A DNA stretch of 64,000 bases from an uncultured Candidatus Saccharibacteria bacterium (GCA_964559765.1 CAZLHU010000001.1:9242-73241); one strand, 5' to 3'. Positions 12,141-21,398 are shown, counted from the stretch's first letter. A program made the numbers and translations. The notes: generated from the sequence alone by a model not told the origin.

Positions 12141-13678
12141 TGCGCCTTTATGTCTACCGATGGCGACGACTGGTTTTGGGTTGTCGAAGTCGCAGGCTGC
12201 GTAACGGTGAATACGGCGCTGCCGGTGTCGCTGCCGCAAGAGTTCGCACAGGTTATGCTGTATGTCTGAGTGGAAGGAGATGGGGCGGTATAGACCTGCG
12301 AGCCGCCGTTAATATTGTAAGAATTTCCGTTGCCGTCGGCGCAGACTGTGGCGTTGGTTGGCGCCCAGGATACGGTTGTCGATGAGGGTTGGCACGATGA
12401 CGCTACCGTGGGATTGGCGGTAACGCTCACAGTCGGCGGCGCACATTGGCAATCCGCATCTGTGTTGCATTGATTAGTCCCCGCTCCAGCTACAGACACG
12501 CAGGCATCGAGATTATTGCATACCGAATGTTCGGGGCCCGGAACCGTCGGAACATAAACATAATCATAGTCGTCTATGGAATTTCCGTCGGATAGACTGC
12601 AACTGAAATTAAATTGGTAGTTTCCGGTCGCCAATGATGCCTGCGGCGAATTGATCGGCTGGGTAGCCTCATTTCCAGAAATCAGGCCCAAGTTAACATA
12701 ATGAAGCCCGCTTACCTCGCTACCACTAAAATTCTCGCCATCCGCAGACACGGCCTTATTTGTATCTAGATTTGTCACGTTTAATGAGCAGCTGGATATG
12801 CTTACTCCGCCAAGCCCATGAGCAAGGAGGTTGGCGAGGGACTGTGCAGGCGACGGAGTCGTTATCTCGGCAACGATCGTTGACGCGGCTAACTCTGAAT
12901 TGCTGTATGCGAACGGATTGATGCTTATTGAATAATCAGGCGCCAGACCCGCAGCCTTATATGTCGAACTTACTACTCCGGGGTTAGCGTCCATAATCAG
13001 ATTAACGGTATAACCATCGGCCGAATTCGGAACGGAGCTTATTACAGATTGCACCGTCGATTCCGATATATTGGATTGGGTTATATAGGTGTATTGGAAT
13101 GTCTCTGGCTTCGGCGCAGGTGATGAAGAGGGGTCTACTATATAGATATTATTGTAGTCGCCTATATAGCTGTATGGGGATAGATAGCACTTTGTCGAGA
13201 TACTGTGATTACCCACACTTAGAATAGGAAGCGGATTGAAACCAAAATCCCATATAAAATTCCCAGTCAAACTGAATAAATCTGATCCCTGGCTTGAAGT
13301 CTGATCGGGTACGGTTCCGTCATCGACATAAAAAGCGCAGCTTGATATGGCATTGGCGCTAAACGATGCAAGATTACTGGTCAACCCACTGACCAATCCG
13401 TAGGTTATGAGACTGGATACATTAGTATTGGAAAACTGACTTGCCGTAAAAGCCAATGGATTTGTTGACGCGACCGTACCGCCATTATTTGTTGTTAGGA
13501 CGCCGGGATTGCCTCCTATAGGAAGATAGACGGTATATCCGTCCGCCGTGTTAAATAGACCTTGAGAAAGTGAGGATTGGCTTGGACCGGAACCATCGGC
13601 ATTCGCAGGCAAAATTTTCAGAGACAAAATAGATATCAGAGCTAATCCTAGTAAAATTCTGCTAAGTTTATTATGCAT
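12137..13678 (-). CDS. secreted hypothetical protein (513 aa)
   Basis: Signal peptide LALISILSLKILPANA; S/T/N-rich; stop overlaps the next gene's start (ATGA-type). Confidence 0.5.
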   Translation of the reverse strand: MHNKLSRILLGLALISILSLKILPANADGSGPSQSSLSQGLFNTADGYTVYLPIGGNPGVLTTNNGGTVASTNPLAFTASQFSNTNVSSLITYGLVSGLTSNLASFSANAISSCAFYVDDGTVPDQTSSQGSDLFSLTGNFIWDFGFNPLPILSVGNHSISTKCYLSPYSYIGDYNNIYIVDPSSSPAPKPETFQYTYITQSNISESTVQSVISSVPNSADGYTVNLIMDANPGVVSSTYKAAGLAPDYSISINPFAYSNSELAASTIVAEITTPSPAQSLANLLAHGLGGVSISSCSLNVTNLDTNKAVSADGENFSGSEVSGLHYVNLGLISGNEATQPINSPQASLATGNYQFNFSCSLSDGNSIDDYDYVYVPTVPGPEHSVCNNLDACVSVAGAGTNQCNTDADCQCAPPTVSVTANPTVASSCQPSSTTVSWAPTNATVCADGNGNSYNINGGSQVYTAPSPSTQTYSITCANSCGSDTGSAVFTVTQPATSTTQNQSSPSVDIKAQ

Positions 13679-13697
13679 GTCGCGCCATAGGATATAT

Positions 13698-14246
13698 CTA
13701 TTTAGACTTACTAAACTGTGACATGTTTAAAATAAGAACCTGTGTGAAAGCTGTGTCACCAATATCATAGGAACCGCTGGAATTCTTGCACGTAACAATA
13801 TAAGTTCCACCGCCGCCGTTGGCTGGCAGACTCACTAATTGATAAGAACTGCCCGAGATCGGCGTGCCGTCCTGCGGATGTATATCATCATGGCCAAACA
13901 GACAATCTTTGCCGCTCACATTTTCGGTAATCTCATAACTAACCGGTCCGAAAACTAGCACGCCGGCTGAATTATTTGTACCTATAAGAGGGCTGCCACT
14001 GAATTTACCGCTTCCGATTTGAAATATTCCCGCAGATTTAAGTATTTTTATATTTATAGTCGCGCCAGGAATAGTAGACGTAACACTGCCGACATAACTC
14101 ATATTGGCCGGCAAAACCCGCGAGATGGCATGCAAAGCGGGGTTGCTCTCGTATTTGATGAGCCTGGAGATTTCGATTGAAGCAACTGTGATAATAGCAA
14201 TTACCAAAATCGCTATTGAGATACGTATCACGGTTTTTTTATTCAT
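13698..14246 (-). CDS. membrane-anchored hypothetical protein; first gene of the surface-protein operon
   Basis: 182 aa with an N-terminal TM helix. Confidence 0.45.
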   Translation of the reverse strand: MNKKTVIRISIAILVIAIITVASIEISRLIKYESNPALHAISRVLPANMSYVGSVTSTIPGATINIKILKSAGIFQIGSGKFSGSPLIGTNNSAGVLVFGPVSYEITENVSGKDCLFGHDDIHPQDGTPISGSSYQLVSLPANGGGGTYIVTCKNSSGSYDIGDTAFTQVLILNMSQFSKSK

Positions 14247-14385
14247 GGTGATTGTACCTTCTCCCCTATCTCAATCTCGGGATATCGGGGAAGCCAGTTT
14301 ATTCAAGCTTCGACTCTTAAATAATAGACCATTTTATCCGTGCTTCAAAATAAGCTTGGGGAGCCGCTGGCTCAAGATCAATCGA

Positions 14386-14394
14386 TGTTATAAT
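14386..14394 (+). promoter_or_regulatory. extended -10 element (TGtTATAAT) upstream of the cupin gene
   Basis: TGnTATAAT lies 65 nt upstream of the ATG at 14459; no good -35. Confidence 0.3.
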
Positions 14395-14458
14395 GGTTAA
14401 TGAGATATGACTTTAAAAGGCCGGAAAATAAGAAGATAAACTTTAAAAAAATAAATAT

Positions 14459-14857
14459 ATGAAGGGATTCAACGCAAATATAGAGAAAGAGACCTTGGAT
14501 AACGAAAATTTCCGTAAGGTTTTATACACCACAAACCATAGCCAGCTCGTGTTAATGAGCTTAAGACCAAAAGAAGAAATCGGCATGGAGGTTCATAAGG
14601 ATAACGATCAGTTCTTGCGATTCGAGCGGGGCAGCGGCAAATGCATCATCGACGGCAATGAATATATGGTCGGAGACGGCTCCGCCGTCATCGTTCCCGC
14701 CGGCGCGCAGCATAACGTCATCAACATATCAGAAACTGAGGATTTGAAACTTTATACGATCTATTCCCCTGCCCACCATAAAGATGGGATTGTTCGCGCC
14801 ACCAAGGAAGAAGCTGAGGCCACAGAAGAGGAATTCGACGGTAAAACAACCGAATAG
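14459..14857 (+). CDS. cupin-domain protein
   Basis: Small beta-barrel cupin-2-like sequence (HKDNDQFLRFERGSGKCIIDGNEYMVGDGSAVIVPAGAQH). Confidence 0.65.
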   Translation: MKGFNANIEKETLDNENFRKVLYTTNHSQLVLMSLRPKEEIGMEVHKDNDQFLRFERGSGKCIIDGNEYMVGDGSAVIVPAGAQHNVINISETEDLKLYTIYSPAHHKDGIVRATKEEAEATEEEFDGKTTE

Positions 14858-14875
14858 CCAATAATACTTAAATCT

Positions 14876-15283
14876 ATGAGCGATACCTATAATTGGTACG
14901 CACATCTTAAAAAGCCATCCTGGGCCCCGCCCTCATGGCTTTTCGGGCCAGCATGGACGGTGCTTTATATTCTGATCGCGATAACCTTTGGGTCTGTTTT
15001 ATACAAAACGCTCATCGGGGACCTAGCTCGGATCATAGCCATACCATTTACCCTCAATCTTATTTTCAACTTCGCATTCGTACCAATACAGTTCAAGCTC
15101 AAGAACAATCCCCTAGCCGCGATCGACATCATACTTGTCCTGGGGACCATCGTTTGGGCATTGTTGGCCATATGGCCATACGAACACTGGATCGTATACG
15201 CCAACATCCCCTATCTTTTGTGGGTATCTTTCGCAACCGTTCTACAACTGACAGTCACCTATATAAATAGGAAGGGCGTCTAA
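14876..15283 (+). CDS. tspO: TspO/MBR family tryptophan-rich sensory protein
   Basis: WYAHLKKPSWAPPSWLFGPAWTVLY signature; five TM helices. Confidence 0.75.
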   Translation: MSDTYNWYAHLKKPSWAPPSWLFGPAWTVLYILIAITFGSVLYKTLIGDLARIIAIPFTLNLIFNFAFVPIQFKLKNNPLAAIDIILVLGTIVWALLAIWPYEHWIVYANIPYLLWVSFATVLQLTVTYINRKGV

Positions 15284-15318
15284 GGCTGTGAGTGTTAAGT
15301 TTTTGATATACTTATCCC

Positions 15319-15813
15319 GTGCAATACCATCCCCTGACCAAAAGAATATCCGATTTACTGACCGAACATCACATCCCATTTCGGACGTTCCAACATACGC
15401 CAGTGCGTACAAGCGAAGAGGCGGCAGCCCTACGGCCGGATTTCACCTTGCATCAGGGCGCTAAAGCGCTAATTGTGAGAGCGAAGGGTCCGGACAACGC
15501 CCCATTCTTTGTAATGCTAGTTTTCCCCGCAGACCTTAAGTTCGACTCAAAGAAGGTCAAATCAGCCATCGACGCTAAGTCGGTTTCTTTCGCAACCGAA
15601 GAAGAAGTTTCGCGAATTACTGATGGCGTCCAAATTGGAGGCGTACCTCCGTTCGGAAACCTATTCGGCCTTCCGGTATACGTGGACGAATCGCTTTCCA
15701 GCAACGACGAGATCATCTTTAATGCAGGCGACCGAAGCTTTTCTATTGCGATGAAAACATCCGACTATTTGAACGTTGTACGGCCGAAGATCAGCGACTT
15801 AGTCCTGCGATGA
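15319..15813 (+). CDS. YbaK/ProX-type aminoacyl-tRNA deacylase
   Basis: GGVPPFG motif in a YbaK-like 164-aa fold. Confidence 0.65.
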   Translation: MQYHPLTKRISDLLTEHHIPFRTFQHTPVRTSEEAAALRPDFTLHQGAKALIVRAKGPDNAPFFVMLVFPADLKFDSKKVKSAIDAKSVSFATEEEVSRITDGVQIGGVPPFGNLFGLPVYVDESLSSNDEIIFNAGDRSFSIAMKTSDYLNVVRPKISDLVLR

Positions 15814-16169
15814 ATTACAATTTGGACTTAAACGACCGGCCGTTCAAAGCGATAAAGGCAGGCACAAAAAAGATAGAGGGCCGCACACCAAAAGACGAAG
15901 GCGATAAGCAATACGGCCAAATGGCCGCAGGCGACGTTATAATCTTCACCAGCAATGCAACGGGCGAGAAGATGCCGTGCGAAGTCACATTCGTACGGAG
16001 ATATCCCGACGTCAGATCGATGCTCGAAACGGAGGGGGTAAAGAACGTCCTATCGAGCGGCCTGGATATAGAAGGAGGGGTAAAAAGCTATAATAACCTG
16101 GAAGGATACGAAGAAAGCATAAAAAAGTTCGGCATCTACGCAATCGGCATAAAACCCATCGATGAATAA
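15810..16169 (+). CDS. ASCH domain protein (YqfB-like)
   Basis: FKAIKAGTKKIEGR N-terminal ASCH signature; start overlaps the YbaK stop (ATGA). Confidence 0.6.
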   Translation: MNYNLDLNDRPFKAIKAGTKKIEGRTPKDEGDKQYGQMAAGDVIIFTSNATGEKMPCEVTFVRRYPDVRSMLETEGVKNVLSSGLDIEGGVKSYNNLEGYEESIKKFGIYAIGIKPIDE

Positions 16170-16548
16170 TTTCAAAACACTCTATAAAGAAGCTTATAAG
16201 ATCAGCAAGAACAGAAAGCTTAGCAAGCTCGCCAGCAGCGGCGGGGTCGGCAGCGCCATGATCACGAAGAAGGGCAATATCTATACGGGCATCTGTATAG
16301 ACGCCTGCTGCGGGGTCGGCTTCTGCGCCGAACACTCGGCCATAGCCGACATGCTGAAGCACGGCGAATCGGAGATAAAGGAGGTGGTTGCGGTAAATCA
16401 AGGCAAGAAGATACTGCCGCCCTGCGGAAGATGCCGCGAGCTCATATTCCAGATAAATCCCCGCAACAAGAACACAATAGTCCATCTCTCTGCGACCAAG
16501 AGCAAGACGATCGAGGCCCTATTGCCCGATCCTTGGAGTGTAGGTTGA
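16162..16548 (+). CDS. cytidine/deoxycytidylate deaminase-like zinc enzyme
   Basis: CAEHSAI ... PCGRCRE zinc-binding motifs of the CDA fold; 8-nt overlap with the ASCH gene. Confidence 0.6.
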   Translation: MNNFKTLYKEAYKISKNRKLSKLASSGGVGSAMITKKGNIYTGICIDACCGVGFCAEHSAIADMLKHGESEIKEVVAVNQGKKILPPCGRCRELIFQINPRNKNTIVHLSATKSKTIEALLPDPWSVG

Positions 16549-16579
16549 ACCCAGGGGCGGTTCTGACTAGACTGAGATT

Positions 16580-17236
16580 ATGGACCACGAAAATAATAGA
16601 GATTACTGCACGCTCTATATAGTTCGCCACGGCGAAACGGAATGGAATAAGAATCGCACTGTCATGGGACAGATGGATTCGCCCCTTACCCCTGAAGGCG
16701 TGCGGCAGGTCGAAGCTACCGCAGACCAGCTTAAGGACATCCACTTCGACGCGATATTCTCCTCGGACTCTCCGCGGGCCCAGAGGACGGCTGAGATCAT
16801 AAGACTGGACCGGGATCTCGCCATACAGACATCCAAGCTTCTCAGGGAGAGGAAATACGGGCGTTTCGAGGGAAAACCTGCGGAGAAATTCCACAACGCG
16901 GTCAAGCACCTGCTTGAAAAGAAAGAGGCATTGACCGAGAAGGAGCAGTGGAAATTCAACATCAGCGATGACATGGAAAGCGACGAGGAGCTTGCAAACA
17001 GGTTCATCATACAGCTGAGGGAGATAGCCGCATCGCATATAAACAAGACCGTCCTTGTGACCACGCACGGAGGATGCATACGCATGTTCCTGGTGCGAAC
17101 CGGCTACGCCGGATATAAAAAGCTGCAGGGAGGCACCTTTCAGAACGCCGGATACGTTAAGGCCTCGTCGGACGGAATAGATTTCTTTATCGAGGAGGTT
17201 AAGGGCATAAAGTACAAGGATAAAGCGGCTGAATAG
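16580..17236 (+). CDS. histidine phosphatase family protein (phosphoglycerate mutase / CobC-like)
   Basis: RHGETEWN catalytic motif. Confidence 0.7.
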   Translation: MDHENNRDYCTLYIVRHGETEWNKNRTVMGQMDSPLTPEGVRQVEATADQLKDIHFDAIFSSDSPRAQRTAEIIRLDRDLAIQTSKLLRERKYGRFEGKPAEKFHNAVKHLLEKKEALTEKEQWKFNISDDMESDEELANRFIIQLREIAASHINKTVLVTTHGGCIRMFLVRTGYAGYKKLQGGTFQNAGYVKASSDGIDFFIEEVKGIKYKDKAAE

Positions 17237-17288
17237 GGCCGCTTTAAAAAACCTTTACTTTCAAAGCTGAAACGAATTAAATGAGCCT

Positions 17289-18380
17289 ATGGGCAAAGTT
17301 GACCTTACAAAAATCATCAGAGCCGACATATCGGATATGGCGTCCTATAAGGCCGCACCTTTCCTGTCCGATCTTGAGGAAAAATACGCCTCTTCAAAGG
17401 ACGAGATAATTAAACTCGACCAGGGAGAGAATCCTTACGGTTCCCCGCCCAGCGTGAGGGAAGCCCTAAGTAAGGTTAAGGACATATTTAACTATTATCC
17501 GGATCCGGAATATAAAAAGCTACGCACGGCTATATCCAAATACGTCGGCGTAGACATCGGACGAATCATGGTCGGCTCGGGCTCAGATGAGCTCTCGGAC
17601 CTTATCTTAAGGCTGGTTATAAACGAAGGCGACGAGATCATAAACTGCTCCCCCACCTACGGCATGTACCCCTTGCTCATAACCCTCAATAAAGGGAAGG
17701 CCGTAGTCGTTCGCAGGAATGAAGACTACTCGTTGAACGTTCAGGCGATAATAGAAAAAGTAAACGACCGGACTAAGGCGATACTGATCTGCTCCCCCAA
17801 CAACCCCACCGGCAACTTGGCCACCGAACAGGAGATCAGGGCCCTGCTCGACACCGGAAAGTTGGTCGTCGTCGATGAGGCTTATTTCGAATTCTGCAAC
17901 AAAACGGTCATTCATTTGTCCGACGAATATAACAATCTAATTATCATGAGGACCTTCAGTAAATGGGCAGGCTTGGCCGGCCTACGCCTAGGATACGCAA
18001 TAATGGATCCGCGCTTTGTAAGCGAACTCATGAAAATAAAACTACCCTTCAATGTTAACCTGGCCGCAGAGATCGGGGGCTTGGCTGCTTTGGAGAATGT
18101 CGCCACGACGCTGGAAATGGTAAATAGGGTTGTCGTTGAACGAGATAGGGTTTATGGCGAGCTTAAAGATCTGCCTGGATTCAAAACATATCCATCGTAC
18201 GGGAACTTCCTGTTGATCGAGGCCAAAGGGAGCCTGTCGGATGTTAGAACCTATTTGGACAATAATCAGATATTCCCAAGGTATTACGAGGAACAGAATG
18301 CGCTGAGACTAACCATCGGAACGCCAGAACAAAACGACAAAGTTGTCGCTAGATTGAAGTCTTTTAAGGCGAGCGCTTAA
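17289..18380 (+). CDS. class II PLP aminotransferase (HisC/CobD family)
   Basis: NPTGN, RTFSKWAGLAGLRLGY (PLP-Lys) motifs. Confidence 0.7.
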   Translation: MGKVDLTKIIRADISDMASYKAAPFLSDLEEKYASSKDEIIKLDQGENPYGSPPSVREALSKVKDIFNYYPDPEYKKLRTAISKYVGVDIGRIMVGSGSDELSDLILRLVINEGDEIINCSPTYGMYPLLITLNKGKAVVVRRNEDYSLNVQAIIEKVNDRTKAILICSPNNPTGNLATEQEIRALLDTGKLVVVDEAYFEFCNKTVIHLSDEYNNLIIMRTFSKWAGLAGLRLGYAIMDPRFVSELMKIKLPFNVNLAAEIGGLAALENVATTLEMVNRVVVERDRVYGELKDLPGFKTYPSYGNFLLIEAKGSLSDVRTYLDNNQIFPRYYEEQNALRLTIGTPEQNDKVVARLKSFKASA

Positions 18381-18955
18381 GCGCTTAGTGGTTTAACAAA
18401 CGGAAGGATATACGGCTTGTCTTTGTCTGTTGAATCTATCAGCAGGTCAACTGCCTCTTTTAGGCTCTGGCCTATAGTGAACACGCCATGGTCTTTAAGG
18501 AAGACGGCATTCGAATTTTTAAATAAGGGCACCATCGCCAAACCTAGCTCTATCGTCCCATATGGGATTTCTTCAGGGGTTGAAGGTATGTTCTTGCTAT
18601 CCTTGGACCCTACATTCACGTGGGCGACGGCCTTAACCTCCGGCATCGCCTGGTATATGGTCCAATGGTTTACTGATTCGGAAGAGGGGCCCTTCGAGCC
18701 GACGAAGTACACCTTCTCGCTGTTTGCCTCCGGCACGAAGATCACTTCGTCGGGATGAAGGTTGTCCAGTTTCGATCCGGTGGAAGTCACTAGCATCCCG
18801 CCTGGGACTTTAATGCTGAAATTCCCGCCACTGCCGACCGACAGCCCGCTGTCGCCTACCAACTTGCCGGCATCTATGAACTCTTGGGCATACTTGTCCA
18901 CAAGTTCCTGCACATTTATTGAATCTGGCCTAGTCGCTCCGTCTTCGTACTTCAT
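18377..18955 (-). CDS. class II aldolase/adducin-domain protein
   Basis: GNFSIK...LVTSTG N-terminal motif of class II aldolases. Confidence 0.55.
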   Translation of the reverse strand: MKYEDGATRPDSINVQELVDKYAQEFIDAGKLVGDSGLSVGSGGNFSIKVPGGMLVTSTGSKLDNLHPDEVIFVPEANSEKVYFVGSKGPSSESVNHWTIYQAMPEVKAVAHVNVGSKDSKNIPSTPEEIPYGTIELGLAMVPLFKNSNAVFLKDHGVFTIGQSLKEAVDLLIDSTDKDKPYILPFVKPLSA

Positions 18956-18971
18956 CTTTGTTTTATTTAAA

Positions 18972-20171
18972 TTATTTTTTATAACCGTACGTCGTCTTGT
19001 GCGCCGGATATTCGGTCACCGCCTCGTATCCGTATCCCCTCAGTATATTTTCAACCTCGGTAGACGTCTCCTCCCCGTTTACTATGTGATATGAAGCAAC
19101 GGCCAGGTTAACTTTATTGTTTCTCAATGTCCTCTCGGCTCCCTTTAGGGCCTGGAGCTCGGATCCCTCGATGTCCATCTTTATGAAATCGACTTTATCT
19201 ATTCCAAGCCTGCCCAGCTCGTTGTCGATAGAGACGACATCGGTATCGGTGGCATAGGGGCTGGCGTTGAAGTAGAACGAGGCTCCCGCAGTATGCTTGT
19301 TGTTAAACTTCAGTTTCCCGTCCTTGTACCACAGCGCTTTGTTTATCACTGTGACATTCTCAAGTCCGTTTAATTTGACGTTCTCCTTGAGCTTCCTGCA
19401 ATTTTCCGTATCAGGCTCAAAAACTATAACCTTTCCGTTGTTTCCGACGACCTTCGCCGCATATACGGAGAAAGTACCTTCGTATCCCCCGCCGTCGATC
19501 ACGACATCTCCTGACTTAAGCTGGTAATGCAATTCGTAGCCGATATTCTCTTTTTTGAATGACGCGTCCCACGGCTTGTATTCAACGTCGTAAGGCGTGA
19601 GATTAGACCCGGACCAGCTGCAAAACTTGAGATGTTGGCCCTTATAGATTATCTCCACGTACTCATCGTTCCATACCCTCTCCTCTATCACCGGGCTGAG
19701 CTTGCTCACCAGTTCGTCGTCCGATGCAGTGGAGTTATCCAGTACGAGGTCGTACTTCAAACCAAGATTCTTGGCCTTTTCATAGGTGTCCGCTATTTCC
19801 TCCTTGGACCATTCGACGTGGTCGCTCTTTGGCCTCTGTTCCAGCCTCTCAAGAGTCACTTTAAGTGGCGAGTCCACATAGATCAGCCTGACGTCAGCGA
19901 CCAATTGAAGCTTCTTTAGAATCTCGAAGGCGTATGGCCTGCTCATCGTGTTCTCGAGACAAATCCTCCCCTTCTTATCCAAGAATTCCAAAATTGCCGC
20001 CTCGGCCAGAGGTTCGGCCCGTTTAAGGTACCCCTCGGGGTTTTCCTTCTGCTCCTTTATGAAGATGTCCTCGTATTCAAAGAAAGGGATATCGAATCTC
20101 TTTTCGATCAGTTTGCCGACATATGATTTGCCGACAGCTATTGGGCCGACCAGCAAAAATGCTTCTTTCAT
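18972..20171 (-). CDS. bifunctional P-loop kinase-like / FkbM-family methyltransferase fusion
   Basis: N-terminal Walker A LLVGPIAVGKSYVG (about 180 aa); C-terminal FkbM motif FIKMDIEGSELQAL. Confidence 0.6.
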   Translation of the reverse strand: MKEAFLLVGPIAVGKSYVGKLIEKRFDIPFFEYEDIFIKEQKENPEGYLKRAEPLAEAAILEFLDKKGRICLENTMSRPYAFEILKKLQLVADVRLIYVDSPLKVTLERLEQRPKSDHVEWSKEEIADTYEKAKNLGLKYDLVLDNSTASDDELVSKLSPVIEERVWNDEYVEIIYKGQHLKFCSWSGSNLTPYDVEYKPWDASFKKENIGYELHYQLKSGDVVIDGGGYEGTFSVYAAKVVGNNGKVIVFEPDTENCRKLKENVKLNGLENVTVINKALWYKDGKLKFNNKHTAGASFYFNASPYATDTDVVSIDNELGRLGIDKVDFIKMDIEGSELQALKGAERTLRNNKVNLAVASYHIVNGEETSTEVENILRGYGYEAVTEYPAHKTTYGYKK

Positions 20172-20234
20172 CCTTAAATGGATACCTTGTATTCCTAATC
20201 CTTGTCAAGATTTTTGGATCCAAAAATCCCCACA

Positions 20235-20567
20235 TCACAAAGTAGTGGATGTGGGGACTGGGATATAGGTGATGACGGTCGACGAGCCATAGACTTGTGT
20301 CAGCCACGCGGTAAACGTGTTATCGATAGCCTCGTTGACGTTCAAGAGGGTAGACGAACTTGTCCACTCGCTAAGACATCTATCTCCCTGCGGATCCGTG
20401 AAATACGCATTCTGTTCGTAGGTACTAGTTGCACCTGGAATCAGATATTGCGAGTCCCACATATTTAGAGAGAATCCGCTGACAGGAAGCGCGACAACTG
20501 TCACGAGTAGAACGCTTAGCGCCGCACCGAAAACCTTACCGTTCAGAAACCTCAGTAATCGGCTCAT
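20235..20567 (-). CDS. small secreted hypothetical protein
   Basis: 110 aa with a signal peptide; preceded by two perfect palindromes. Confidence 0.4.
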   Translation of the reverse strand: MSRLLRFLNGKVFGAALSVLLVTVVALPVSGFSLNMWDSQYLIPGATSTYEQNAYFTDPQGDRCLSEWTSSSTLLNVNEAIDNTFTAWLTQVYGSSTVITYIPVPTSTTL

Positions 20568-20636
20568 GATTTTATAAATTATTTTTATTTTAAAGACCTA
20601 TCCCGGAATTGGGGTCAGTCCCAATCGACCTTAGGG

Positions 20637-20675
20637 TTATGTTATATAAATAACATAATTTTGGACAATTGTCCA
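20637..20675. promoter_or_regulatory. two adjacent perfect palindromes (TTATGTTAT-n4-ATAACATAA and TGGACAATTGTCCA); candidate operator sites
   Basis: Located in the 130-nt intergenic region upstream of the 20567 start. Confidence 0.35.
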
Positions 20676-20697
20676 GCGAACAGAGGATGATCCCCTA

Positions 20698-21378
20698 CTA
20701 GAGATACAGCTTCCTGAGATATTTGTCGGCTTGCTTCAGGTCTTGGATCGTGTTTATGGGCAGCCAGAAACTGGCCTTCTCTATATCTATCGGATATTTG
20801 ACGGACATTTTAACTATGGTCTGAGGCAGCCCATACTCTTCTTTGCCTATCAACACCAACCGGTAATCAAAGATCCTTTTGTCCAAGGTATACATTCCGC
20901 AGTTCACCAGTGTGCCGGCAGACAGCCTCGGACTTTCGACTATGTCATTCAAAGCTCCTGACTTAAGTTCAATCACGCCGAAACGGTCCGGAACCTCTAC
21001 CCTCTGCGCCAATATGCACAGGGAATGCCTAAGGCAGTTTTCCATGTCCTTTTTGATATAGATATTGTCGCCCATCATGACAATGAACTTCTTATCGTTG
21101 ACAAAATCCTTGCACACAAAAAGCGCGTGCCCCGTGCCGAGGCGCTCTTTCTGTTCAACGTAGGTTATCTGCCGACCGTTGAAATTGTTTCCGATATTGC
21201 GCTTTATCTGTTCCTTGAGGGGCCCGACAACAACGATCACTTCCTTCACTTCTTGGGGTAGCTGCGAAAGGTTATGCTCCAGGATGGTCCTCTTCCCTAC
21301 TTTCAGCAGGCACTTCGGCATAGCATCGGCTTGTCCCAATCTTATCCCTTCGCCTCCAGCTAAAATTATTGCCTGCAT
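20698..21378 (-). CDS. sugar-phosphate nucleotidyltransferase
   Basis: ILAGGEGIRL N-terminal NTP-transferase motif. Confidence 0.65.
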   Translation of the reverse strand: MQAIILAGGEGIRLGQADAMPKCLLKVGKRTILEHNLSQLPQEVKEVIVVVGPLKEQIKRNIGNNFNGRQITYVEQKERLGTGHALFVCKDFVNDKKFIVMMGDNIYIKKDMENCLRHSLCILAQRVEVPDRFGVIELKSGALNDIVESPRLSAGTLVNCGMYTLDKRIFDYRLVLIGKEEYGLPQTIVKMSVKYPIDIEKASFWLPINTIQDLKQADKYLRKLYL

Positions 21379-21398
21379 CGAAATTAAAATATATTTGT

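Noticed and set aside
12024-12385. 81-aa and 90-aa plus-strand ORFs at the junction of two surface-protein genes
   Set aside because: They are antisense to the ATGA-coupled junction of 10599..12140 and 12137..13678.
16442-17085. 208- and 156-aa minus-strand ORFs
   Set aside because: They are antisense to the histidine-phosphatase gene with its RHGETEWN motif, and no supporting features were found.
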